64,000 nucleotides of DNA from an uncultured Planctomycetales bacterium (lineage in GTDB: Bacteria > Planctomycetota > Phycisphaerae > UBA1845 > PWPN01). The stretch lies in NCBI GenBank assembly GCA_964401335.1, contig CAYNYK010000009.1:1174-65173 (forward strand). The letters are read 5' to 3'. A model generated the notes under the pieces. It made no database searches and was not told the DNA's origin. It was given only the letters and a program-made list of their open reading frames with translations. Every line of letters starts with the position of its first letter. Within the stretch, counting starts at the first letter, position 1. Below, piece by piece: positions 30,337 through 39,016 of the stretch. The position numbers and the translations under genes are program-made.

Positions 30337-30485
30337 TACACCTCGCGTCTGTTTCCAAGGAGTCCGCCTTGGGGTCATTTGACGAACTTCGCGCCCCTGC
30401 TTTGCCGGTAGATTACCGCTTAAATATATTCCGAACCAGCGTGGGGCCGCGGTATTGCTGGCTTAGAGGGCATACTAAAACCGGT

Positions 30486-30509
30486 GTGGCACCGGCGTCT
30501 CGCCGGTGC
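30486..30509. repeat. GTGG-type REP-like hairpin
   Basis: GTG-GCACCGGCG-TCT-CGCCGGTGC, 9-bp perfect stem. Confidence 0.5.
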
Positions 30510-30555
30510 TGGTCGGCCCGGCGGTGTCGACGTTATCGGGTTTTAGGACGCACTC

Positions 30556-30813
30556 TTACTCGTTTTGCCTTGCCTTTTCGATCAACTCCAATAATGTGGC
30601 CATTTTGGGTTTGGGCGGGGCTAAAAAGGCGTCGATCTGTTCCTCGGTGAAATGCTCGGAAAGAAACGACCGGATATCGAATTTCTCGAACCAGCAATCG
30701 AGGATCTTTCGGCATGGGCGGCCGTCGGCCTGGGCACGACAGTAGGAGAACGGTACATGGTGGCCGAGCATCCGGCAGTAACCTTCACGCTGGTCATGTT
30801 CTTCAATCGGCAT
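30556..30813 (-). CDS. Small Cys-containing hypothetical protein
   Basis: YCRMLGHHVPFSYC...PCRKILDCW...PPKPKMATLLELIEKA; protein-like composition and GC-rich codons. Confidence 0.8.
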   Translation of the reverse strand: MPIEEHDQREGYCRMLGHHVPFSYCRAQADGRPCRKILDCWFEKFDIRSFLSEHFTEEQIDAFLAPPKPKMATLLELIEKARQNE

Positions 30814-30888
30814 CAGTTATTATTAGACCAGAAATCCCGTCTTATGTGCAAGGGGAAAATACCGGTGGGCCAGCGAGGGTAAAAACAT

Positions 30889-30947
30889 ACCAGCCCGAAG
30901 CGCTAGCGAGGGGCAAACTCTGCCTTTCGTTCACGCTTCGGGCTGGT
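30889..30947. repeat. REP-like family 1 inverted doublet
   Basis: ACCAGCCCGAAGCGCTAGCGAGGGG (30889-913) facing CCTTTCGTTCACGCTTCGGGCTGGT (30923-947), downstream of trpB2. Confidence 0.75.
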
Positions 30948-31009
30948 GGGATTTTCGATTCGTGGCAATTGAAGCCCGTTTTTTGTTTGCGCCGCGATGT
31001 CGGCGTTTC

Positions 31010-32398
31010 TCACCACTTTCCGGTCTTGACCACCTGAGGCTTCGGCAGCTTGCTGATCGAGGCCAGCGATTCCTGGAGCATTTCCTCCGGCAACGGAAAG
31101 TCTTCCAATTTACCGGACAGGAATTTCTCGTAGCCGGTCAGGTCCATCAGGCCGTGCCCGCTCCAGTTCATCAGGATGACTTTTTCCTTGCCTTCTTCCT
31201 TGGCTTTGTTGGCCTCGTCGATCGTGCAGGCGATGGCGTGGCTGGTCTCCGGCGCGGAAATAAACCCTTCCGTCCGGGCCCAGAGCAGGGCGGCTTTGTA
31301 GCACTCGGTCTGGTGGTACGCCCGCGGCGTAATCAGGCCTTCGACGATGGCCTGGCTGACCAGGGGCGCGATACCGTGATAACGCAGCCCGCCCGCGTGA
31401 ATCGCCGGGGGCACGAATTTATGCCCCAGCGTATGCATCGGCAGCAACGGGGTCATCTCGGCCGTGTCCCCGAAATCATAGGAGAACGGTCCGCGGGTCA
31501 TGGTCGGGCAACTCGAGGGCTCGACCGGGTAAATCGCGATATCCGCGCCGGCGATCTTGTCGGCCACGAACGGGAAGGCCAGTCCGGCGAAATTACTTCC
31601 GCCGCCCGCACAGCCGATAATCACGTCCACTTTCTTTTCGTTGACCTTGGCCAACTGTTTCTTGGCTTCCAACCCGATAATGGTCTGATGCAACATGACG
31701 TGATTGAGCACGCTACCGAGCGAATAACGGGTCTTGCCGGACTTGTCGGTGACCGCGTCCTCGACCGCCTCGCTGATCGCGATGCCCAGGCTACCCGGGG
31801 TGTCGGGACTTTCGGCCAGAATCTTACGGCCGGCTTGGGTGTCATGGCTCGGGCTGGCCACGCATTTGGCCCCCCACGTTTCCATCATCAGTCGCCGAAA
31901 CGGCTTCTGATCGAAACTGATCCGAACCATGTAAACCTTGCATTCCAAACCCAGCAAGGCGCAGGCAAATGACAACGCGCTGCCCCACTGGCCCGCCCCT
32001 GTTTCCGTGGTGATCCGTTTGATGCCGAATTGCTTGTTGTACCAGGCTTGGGGAATCGCAGTATTCGGCTTGTGGCTGCCAGCCGGGCTCACGCCTTCAT
32101 TCTTGTAATAAATCCGAGCCGGGGTCCCCAGAGCTTTTTCCAGGGCCCGGGCGCGGTAAAGAGGCGAAGGCCGCCAGAGATAAAGCATCTGGAGCACTTC
32201 CTCGGGGATGTCGATCCATCGCTGCTGGCTTACTTCCTGTTCGATAATGTTCATGGGAAACACAGGCGCCAGCATATCCGGCGAAATCGGCTTGCCCCCC
32301 GGCCCCAATGGCGGCTGCATCGGGGATGGAAGATCGGCGGCCAGATTGTACCACTGACGCGGAATTTCGCTCTCGTCCAGAAAAACTTTCACTTGCAT
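31010..32398 (-). CDS. trpB2: Tryptophan synthase beta chain, type 2 (TrpB-like)
   Basis: [50 protein letters not shown]. Confidence 0.95.
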   Translation of the reverse strand: MQVKVFLDESEIPRQWYNLAADLPSPMQPPLGPGGKPISPDMLAPVFPMNIIEQEVSQQRWIDIPEEVLQMLYLWRPSPLYRARALEKALGTPARIYYKNEGVSPAGSHKPNTAIPQAWYNKQFGIKRITTETGAGQWGSALSFACALLGLECKVYMVRISFDQKPFRRLMMETWGAKCVASPSHDTQAGRKILAESPDTPGSLGIAISEAVEDAVTDKSGKTRYSLGSVLNHVMLHQTIIGLEAKKQLAKVNEKKVDVIIGCAGGGSNFAGLAFPFVADKIAGADIAIYPVEPSSCPTMTRGPFSYDFGDTAEMTPLLPMHTLGHKFVPPAIHAGGLRYHGIAPLVSQAIVEGLITPRAYHQTECYKAALLWARTEGFISAPETSHAIACTIDEANKAKEEGKEKVILMNWSGHGLMDLTGYEKFLSGKLEDFPLPEEMLQESLASISKLPKPQVVKTGKW

Positions 32399-32944
32399 GA
32401 TTTGACCTTTCCAACATTTGGCCTGGTCGCATTGGCAAATGTCCCGTTTGCTCCATGCGACCGGTATTTTTTCCAAATTCGTCGTATAACCCGGGAACCG
32501 CTTTCCAGCGGATATGCAGATCGTTCCCTCTCCTGCGTCCCTGGTTTTGCCGACCAGTACGACAAAAACGTAATTCTAATAAATTCACAGGCCCGTGTCG
32601 ATACTTTTTGCGGCCACTCCATTTATAGGCCCATGAAAAACAAACACTTTACGACATGTACATTGCCGGCCTTATCGAATGACTGAACAGATGAGTGCCT
32701 GCCAGCAGACGGTTTCCCGTCAAGCCATGTTACATTTTTTAATGGAGACTCTTGTCTTTATCTTCTATTTTGGTCAAAATGTGGACTCGTAAGGCCTTTC
32801 TGGCCGTTGATAATAGCAACACGAAGCAGGTGTTCCCGTGAATGTTGGTTTTTCGGGCCTGAACAGTGAACGCAAGTTTCTTCCAATCAGCAGGAAGAGT
32901 ACTGAGCATTTTCGCTCTAGCCTACACATAAAGGGAGACACAAC

Positions 32945-34315
32945 ATGACAGGATTAAGGTTTTTACTCATTCTCGCCCTGTTGATGGTTTTGCCCTCGGC
33001 GGTGGCCCAGCAGGAAGCCAGTCAGGAAACGACAACGGAGGCTACGACCACCGTCGAGAAGGCCTCCCCCTATTCCGGAAGCTGGTGGGAATGGCCGAAA
33101 ATGACTGGCGACTGGGGCGGGGCCCGCACCACGCTGGCGGATAAGGGTATTACCCTGGATATCGACGTGACCCAGGTAATGCAGCACAACTGGCATGGCG
33201 GGGTGAGCACCAAGAACGGCCTGCGTTACAGCGGATCGGGCGATATCAGTTTGACCCTGGACACCGGTAAGATGGGCTTGTGGCCGGGCGGCACCATTGT
33301 GCTGAAGGCCGAGCCCAGATGGGGCGACGGCGTATGGCAATCGAAAGTCGGTTCCCTGTTGCCGACCAATTTTGACGCGGTCGTTCCCGGTTACGGCGAA
33401 GGCTGCATGTTCACCCTGTCCGAATGGTTCCTGCAACAGGTGTTGTTCGAAGGCAAGGTGGTGTTGATCGCCGGCAAGCTCTTCGGGGCCCGGGCGTTCG
33501 ACCGTAACGTCTTCGCCAACGACGAAGAAACCCAGTTCATGAACGTGGCCTTCCGCAACATACCCATGATTCCATCGTTTTTACCTTATACGACCCTCGG
33601 CGTCGGGGTGGTTTTAAACCCGACGGAATGGTTATCGATCATTTCCGCCGTGGCGGAGTCGGATAACAAGGCCAAAACCATCGGTTTCAGCGAAGGCTGG
33701 CACGGCAAGGGGAACACGACGGTCATTCACGAATGGGCGGTGAAGGTCAAACCGTTCGACAAGCCCGGTAACCAGCGGGTGGGTTTCGTATGGAGTTCCA
33801 TGGATTTTCCCACCGTGGCCCCGAACGAGCCGTTCAAATCGACGGCCGATATGGCCATCAAGATGCTGGGGCAAAAATGGGCCAACAAGGTGGTCAATAC
33901 GCTGGCCACGTTCCAGAACGGCAAGGATAACGTCATGGTCTATTACAACTTTGACCAGTATCTGTATACTGAGGCGGACGATCCGACCCAGGGTATCGGG
34001 ATGTTCGGGCGGTTCGGCTGGGCCCGCCAGGATGTGAACGCCGCCTGTCACTTCTACAGCATCGGTATGGGCGGCAAGGGCATCCTTCCCGAGCGGGATA
34101 ACGACACTTTCGGCATCGGCTACTACTTCCTCGATCTGAGCAATCAATTGCCGTCAATGTTCCATTCGGAACAGGGTATCGAGGCCTACTACAATGTGCA
34201 GATCACACCCTGGCTCCATATTTCGCCCGACTTGCAGATTATTGTTGATCCGGGCGGCAGCAATCAGAATGATGTAGCCGTGGTCGGCGGTATCCGGTTC
34301 CAGATGAATCTATAG
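32945..34315 (+). CDS. Carbohydrate-selective porin, OprB family
   Basis: Signal peptide; MTGDWGGARTTLADKGI, EAYYNVQITPWLHISPDLQ, C-terminal GIRFQMNL. Confidence 0.9.
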   Translation: MTGLRFLLILALLMVLPSAVAQQEASQETTTEATTTVEKASPYSGSWWEWPKMTGDWGGARTTLADKGITLDIDVTQVMQHNWHGGVSTKNGLRYSGSGDISLTLDTGKMGLWPGGTIVLKAEPRWGDGVWQSKVGSLLPTNFDAVVPGYGEGCMFTLSEWFLQQVLFEGKVVLIAGKLFGARAFDRNVFANDEETQFMNVAFRNIPMIPSFLPYTTLGVGVVLNPTEWLSIISAVAESDNKAKTIGFSEGWHGKGNTTVIHEWAVKVKPFDKPGNQRVGFVWSSMDFPTVAPNEPFKSTADMAIKMLGQKWANKVVNTLATFQNGKDNVMVYYNFDQYLYTEADDPTQGIGMFGRFGWARQDVNAACHFYSIGMGGKGILPERDNDTFGIGYYFLDLSNQLPSMFHSEQGIEAYYNVQITPWLHISPDLQIIVDPGGSNQNDVAVVGGIRFQMNL

Positions 34316-34325
34316 CAATTAGTGG

Positions 34326-34440
34326 TCAGTAGTCAGCGATCAGCGATCAGCTTTCAGGTTTCAGCAAACAGCCCCCCCTTGTCCGGATGATTTCCGAGCA
34401 GGGCGGGGCTGTTTGCTGAATACGGATTACTGACGGCTGA
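34326..34440. terminator. Bidirectional terminator-like hairpin flanked by TCAG heptamer repeats
   Basis: 16-bp perfect stem TTCAGCAAACAGCCCC (34360-75)/GGGGCTGTTTGCTGAA (34405-20) between convergent genes; six TCAGnnn heptamers 34326-34367. Confidence 0.7.
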
Positions 34441-34450
34441 GTACTTTCTC

Positions 34451-34753
34451 TCACAGTGGCGCGGCGCAGATGAGCATAATCGCGATAGTGATAGGGAAGC
34501 CGGCGTTATGGGCGACGGTCCAGAAGTCGTCGGAAGCTCGGATCAGGTCGTGTTCTTTTTCGCGTTGCGACTTATAGCTGGCCTTAACGTCAAGGACCAC
34601 AAGGTGATCGGCCTGGGTCTGAATCTGCTGCAAGGCGGCGTACTGAGCGGCCGTAAAGGGTAGCGGCCGTACCGGAGGATTTTCCGCCCGAGCTAGGACG
34701 GGAGCGGTCAACAGGATCCCGAGTAACGCGGCTACGACTATTGACTTACGCAT
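34451..34753 (-). CDS. Small secreted protein with hydrophobic C-terminus
   Basis: Signal peptide ending ARA; C-terminal AGFPITIAIMLICAAPL; start 3 nt after the C39 gene stop. Confidence 0.7.
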   Translation of the reverse strand: MRKSIVVAALLGILLTAPVLARAENPPVRPLPFTAAQYAALQQIQTQADHLVVLDVKASYKSQREKEHDLIRASDDFWTVAHNAGFPITIAIMLICAAPL

Positions 34754-34756
34754 GGG

Positions 34757-35563
34757 TTATTTCTCCTCGCTCTGGCCGGCGGCGCCGGAAGGCGGCCGGG
34801 TTACGAACATCATCGCGTGCTGGCAATAGCCCCACATCAGCTCGAAGGCCAGGGCGTCGGCCGAGGCCAACTGCTTGGGCGACGATGGATCGAAATAATA
34901 TATAGTATCGGCCGCCGGGCCGTTTGGGTTCTCGGAAATTCCGATGACAACCACCGCATGGTTAAATTCCGGTCCCTGCCCCGCCCGGTTTATCACGCAA
35001 ATCACGGGATAGCCACGCTGTTTGACAAGATAGCGAAGCCCCAAAGGCGGCTGATCGTCCAGCCGACCACGAAAAGCCCCCATGTACAGACCCTGACGAG
35101 ATAAATACAGTTGCAGATCGCCCACGCGAGTGGGATCGAGCTTCATCTGCTTGAGCTCCTCGCTGATTAATTTTTCACTGTATTTATGTTCGCCCATTAG
35201 ATAATTTGCGGCCATAGCCACGCTGGCGACAAGGCAGGTGGAATGGTCGGAGGCCTCCTCGTAGGGTACCTGCAAAGCTCCCGGCGGGTAGCGCATCACC
35301 GGCTTGCCCGGTTCCTCGCAGCCGGCGGTGACTATTAGCATCGCCGGTATCAATCCGAACATGATCCATGTGCGGGTGTCATGGAAAGGTTCGGGCCGCC
35401 TGTTTCTCCTCTGTCCTGCAAGAGATCGCTGAGGGAGGCGGCCAGAAAACGAACCCAATGGATCAAAGATGTTCGATAGCATGTTCATATAGCGGGGCAT
35501 CATCGAACCGGGAAAATACTTTGTCAATGCTGACCTGTTGAATGCCTTGCCGAATAGGTGCAT
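34757..35563 (-). CDS. C39-like cysteine peptidase lipoprotein (true start uncertain, possibly 35362)
   Basis: QVPY...STCLVASVAM (Cys), NHAVVVIG (His), YYFDPS (Asp); lipobox TAGC. Confidence 0.8.
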   Translation of the reverse strand: MHLFGKAFNRSALTKYFPGSMMPRYMNMLSNIFDPLGSFSGRLPQRSLAGQRRNRRPEPFHDTRTWIMFGLIPAMLIVTAGCEEPGKPVMRYPPGALQVPYEEASDHSTCLVASVAMAANYLMGEHKYSEKLISEELKQMKLDPTRVGDLQLYLSRQGLYMGAFRGRLDDQPPLGLRYLVKQRGYPVICVINRAGQGPEFNHAVVVIGISENPNGPAADTIYYFDPSSPKQLASADALAFELMWGYCQHAMMFVTRPPSGAAGQSEEK

Positions 35564-35628
35564 CCGAGGAAAGGTCGCACTGGGGATGCGGTTGCATGGA
35601 AATGTTCGTAATATACTCTATGGTGGCG

Positions 35629-35782
35629 AAAGCACGGGCAAACCCTTGTCCCGCTGCTGCGTGACAAGGGCCTGCCCATGCCACCCAGCCGCGTGACAAG
35701 GGCCTGCCCATGCCACCCAGCCGCGCGACAAGGGCCTGCCCATGCCACCCAGCCGTGTGACAAGGGCCTGCCCATGCCACCC
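35629..35782. repeat. REP-like family 2 palindrome extended into four tandem 32-bp units
   Basis: GACAAGGGCCTGCCCATGCCACCC at 35663, 35695, 35727 and 35759 with near-identical 8-bp linkers; preceded by inverted half CACGGGCAAACCCTTGTC. Confidence 0.9.
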
Positions 35783-35829
35783 TGCTGAGGGTGACTAAAC
35801 GTTACAGAAGGATAAATGGGGCGTTTAAC

Positions 35830-37056
35830 ATGCGGATGAGCGTGAAGCGGTTTAATCAACAAAGAACATCTTGCCGGTTCGTGGTCGCGTTGCTTTTTAC
35901 GTATGGAACGGCCTCTTTTGCTTGCTCGGCGGCGGAAAAAGATGAATGGGTTGATCCGCAAACCGGCCATCGCGTGATCCGGCTTTGCCGCCGTGAGGGA
36001 TCAAACTCCAGTTTTTACTTTCATCAGAACGCATTCACGGCCAACGGCGACAAAATGGCCTTCGCGGGGACCACGCCCCAGGGCCGACGGATTTTTACGG
36101 TGGACCTCAAAACCCTCGATATTGCCCCGGTCACTGATCGCGATTCGTCAGGCGAAATCGTGGCGGCCAAGTGCCGGGAGCTATTCTATTTCAACGGCGC
36201 GGAAGTCTGCGCCACCCATCTGGATACGCGGCAAACGCGGAAGATCGCCGAGCTTGACCCCGCTTGGCCGCGCGGCGGCCATCTGGCCGTCAATGCCGAT
36301 GAGACCTTGTTGATGGGCTTTTTCGCCGAGGGGATCGCCGAATATTTCAAGAAACCGCGTTCGGAGTGGTTCACCGAGATTCACAAGGCCAGGTTACCCA
36401 ACGCCCTATATACGATCGATATTCGCACCGGCGAAACCAAGATCATCCATCGGGAAAACAACTGGCTCGGCCACGTGCAGTTTTCGCCGACCGATCCGAA
36501 GCTGGTTTCATTCTGCCATGAGGGGCCTTGGAATCTGGTCGACCGCATCTGGACGATCCGAACCGACGGGACGGATCGACGGCTGGTGCATCGCCGTACG
36601 ATGGAGAATGAAATCGCCGGGCACGAGTTCTGGGGTCCGGACGGCAAACGGATATGGTTCGATCTGCAGATGCCGATGGGAGAGAACTTTTTCCTGGCGA
36701 ATGTCGCTCTGGCCGACGGCAAGCTGACCCGCTACCGCCTGGAACGCGACCAATGGTGCGTTCATTACAATATCTCCGCCGATGGCTCGATGTGCTGCGG
36801 AGACGGCGGAGCCTCATCCAGCGTGGCCCGGAGCGAGGGCGGCAAGTGGATCTACCTGTTCCGTCCGCGCGGCGAGCAACTGCAAGTCGAGCGTTTATGC
36901 AGTATGGCCAACCACGATTACCGCACGGAACCGAACGTGCGTTTCACTCCGGACGGCCGTTGGGTAGTCTTCAATTCGGACATCAACGATTCGCGCCAGA
37001 TTTACGCGGTTGAAGTGGCTCGCGCATGCCCGGCAACCGCCAAGCATGGTCAATGA
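35830..37056 (+). CDS. Oligogalacturonate lyase family beta-propeller protein
   Basis: DPQTGHRVIRL, YFHQNAF, WLGHVQFSP, FCHEGPW, GHEFW, EPNVRFTPDG. Confidence 0.88.
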   Translation: MRMSVKRFNQQRTSCRFVVALLFTYGTASFACSAAEKDEWVDPQTGHRVIRLCRREGSNSSFYFHQNAFTANGDKMAFAGTTPQGRRIFTVDLKTLDIAPVTDRDSSGEIVAAKCRELFYFNGAEVCATHLDTRQTRKIAELDPAWPRGGHLAVNADETLLMGFFAEGIAEYFKKPRSEWFTEIHKARLPNALYTIDIRTGETKIIHRENNWLGHVQFSPTDPKLVSFCHEGPWNLVDRIWTIRTDGTDRRLVHRRTMENEIAGHEFWGPDGKRIWFDLQMPMGENFFLANVALADGKLTRYRLERDQWCVHYNISADGSMCCGDGGASSSVARSEGGKWIYLFRPRGEQLQVERLCSMANHDYRTEPNVRFTPDGRWVVFNSDINDSRQIYAVEVARACPATAKHGQ

Positions 37057-37823
37057 CAGCGGTCGCACAAGGCCTGCCGGTCGTCCTTCAGCAGTCCTCG
37101 CCGGGCGGTCGAGCCGTGGGGCTCATGGCACATCGCGCAGCGGCTTAGCGGGTCGAGCGGATGGTCGTGGACTTCCTCGAAGGCACGCTCGTCGTGGCAG
37201 GTCCAGCAGCTTTGCGGTTCGGGAGCGCGGCCGAGTCCCCCGTTTTTCAGCACATGACACGCGGCGCAGGGGTTGGCCGGATTAAGCTGCTTGACCGGTG
37301 GGTGGGGTTTGAAGATCGGCCAATCCGAGGGCGGTGTATCGGTGATTTTCTTGCGGACGAAAAAAGTAAGCCGCTGTCCGTTGGCTTCGAGGACATGTTG
37401 TCCTGCAGGTATTTTGTCGGTCCAGAAAAGTACCCGCTGACCGGCTTGCAGCGGAGGGCGTACGGATACACTGCGCTCGTCCTGAGGCGCGGTGGATGGG
37501 TCTGGTTGGGTGGGCTTACGGCGCGTGTTGTTCCAGTCCTCGGCAAGTAACCATTCGACCGGTTGGATCGGCCGACCGTCGAGCATGAGCACGGGGGAGG
37601 GGGCTTGCCCATCGGCCAACAGGGCCATCTGTGCGGCCTGCCCCTTGAAAACAGATTCGTTCGGCGGCCAGAGAAACGGGGTATTATGGGCCTTGTCTCG
37701 CGACATTTGACGCCGGGTCCGTTGGTCCGGGGAGTGAACCGATGAAGTCTCCTGCGCGGGCTGTTGACATCCCGGCCCATAGGCCAGAAAGACGATGGCG
37801 AGATATTTTATCATTCGAAGCAT
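37050..37823 (-). CDS. Tetrahaem cytochrome c3-family lipoprotein
   Basis: Four CxxCH motifs (CAACH, CWTCH, CAMCH, CDRCH) with CHEPHGS doubled-CXXCH pattern; lipobox GPGC. Confidence 0.85.
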   Translation of the reverse strand: MLRMIKYLAIVFLAYGPGCQQPAQETSSVHSPDQRTRRQMSRDKAHNTPFLWPPNESVFKGQAAQMALLADGQAPSPVLMLDGRPIQPVEWLLAEDWNNTRRKPTQPDPSTAPQDERSVSVRPPLQAGQRVLFWTDKIPAGQHVLEANGQRLTFFVRKKITDTPPSDWPIFKPHPPVKQLNPANPCAACHVLKNGGLGRAPEPQSCWTCHDERAFEEVHDHPLDPLSRCAMCHEPHGSTARRGLLKDDRQALCDRCH

Positions 37824-37903
37824 GGTACAATGCTACCCGATTCACACAAATTACGATACCTTGTAGACGGATCAAGTGATGATTATTTCGTGGTGGAAAT
37901 AAC

Positions 37904-39001
37904 GTGAAAAATTCTCCGCGACAACGTTTATTGGATTTTATTCGGAGCAAATCGCCGGGAGTGATTTTTTCCCCGCTGGCCGGCGGGAATTGGGCGGCCT
38001 CGGTTTGTGGGCGCGAATGGATTCCGGACAGCTTCGGCCCGGACACGGTGGAGGATATGCTTTCGGCGGCCGCGCGCTGCGGCTTCGATCTGATACTGGG
38101 GACGGGGTGGTGGGACAACGAATTTTTACCCTGGCCGAAACTCCGTGAAGAGATAGACGAAAATACTTATCGATTCCGCCAGCATATCGACACCCCGCAC
38201 GGTCCAGTCGAACAGGTGATGTCCAACGCGAAACGCTTGGGCAACCGGATGGAAACGCCGGCGTTCAGGAAAATTGACGGACGGCTGTTCGACTTACTGG
38301 AGATGATCGCTAGCCGGCGCGACGAGCCGCTGGCGAGCATCCGGCGGGCGGTGGAACTGGTCGGCGAACGCGGGTTGTTGTACCTGGGGACCAGTTGTCC
38401 GCACACTTTGTTCGGCCTGTTGGACGGGATGAGTGTCATTTATGCCTGGGACGAGGATCGCGACCTGTTCCGGTCGGCCTGCGAATGCGCTTTCGCCGCG
38501 ACCATGAACGTGATCGAGGTCGCCTTGCAGGCGGGCATCGAATGTGTTTTCCTGGCGACTTACGGATTGAGTCTTTTCTCGCCGCGCATCCTCGAGGAAT
38601 TCGCCTTGCCCTATCTCAAGAAAATCGCCGAGTATCTGCACGCCCGGGGCAAGCTGCTGTACATTCACGAATGCGGCCGCATGAAAATCGGTATCGAACG
38701 CGGCTGGTGGAACGAAGTGTTGCCCGACATTTTGGAGGGTTTTGAAAGCCCGCCGGTGGGTGACATCGACGATCTGGCCTGGGCCCGGCGGAAACTCGAT
38801 CCGCGAATTATCATTAAGGGTAACGTCAGCATCGCCGATCTGCTGAACGCCGAGCCGGACACGATTCGCGTGCAGTCCCGGCACGTGCGGGCGGCGGTCG
38901 AAGGTTACCCGCACATTCTCGGCAGCGCCTGCTCCATTCTCTATGGTACGCCCGTCGAAAACGTCCGGGCCATGGCGGAAAACGCTACGGCAGACGGTTA
39001 G
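37904..39001 (+). CDS. URO-D / MtaA-like family protein
   Basis: YIHECG, IKGNVS, ILGSACS..YGTPVENVRAM; GTG start. Confidence 0.8.
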   Translation: MKNSPRQRLLDFIRSKSPGVIFSPLAGGNWAASVCGREWIPDSFGPDTVEDMLSAAARCGFDLILGTGWWDNEFLPWPKLREEIDENTYRFRQHIDTPHGPVEQVMSNAKRLGNRMETPAFRKIDGRLFDLLEMIASRRDEPLASIRRAVELVGERGLLYLGTSCPHTLFGLLDGMSVIYAWDEDRDLFRSACECAFAATMNVIEVALQAGIECVFLATYGLSLFSPRILEEFALPYLKKIAEYLHARGKLLYIHECGRMKIGIERGWWNEVLPDILEGFESPPVGDIDDLAWARRKLDPRIIIKGNVSIADLLNAEPDTIRVQSRHVRAAVEGYPHILGSACSILYGTPVENVRAMAENATADG

Positions 39002-39016
39002 TGATTCTCCACTCAG

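Noticed and set aside
35663-35782. Possible CRISPR array (24-bp repeat x4)
   Set aside because: The spacers are only 8 bp and nearly identical, and there are no cas genes; this is a tandem REP expansion.
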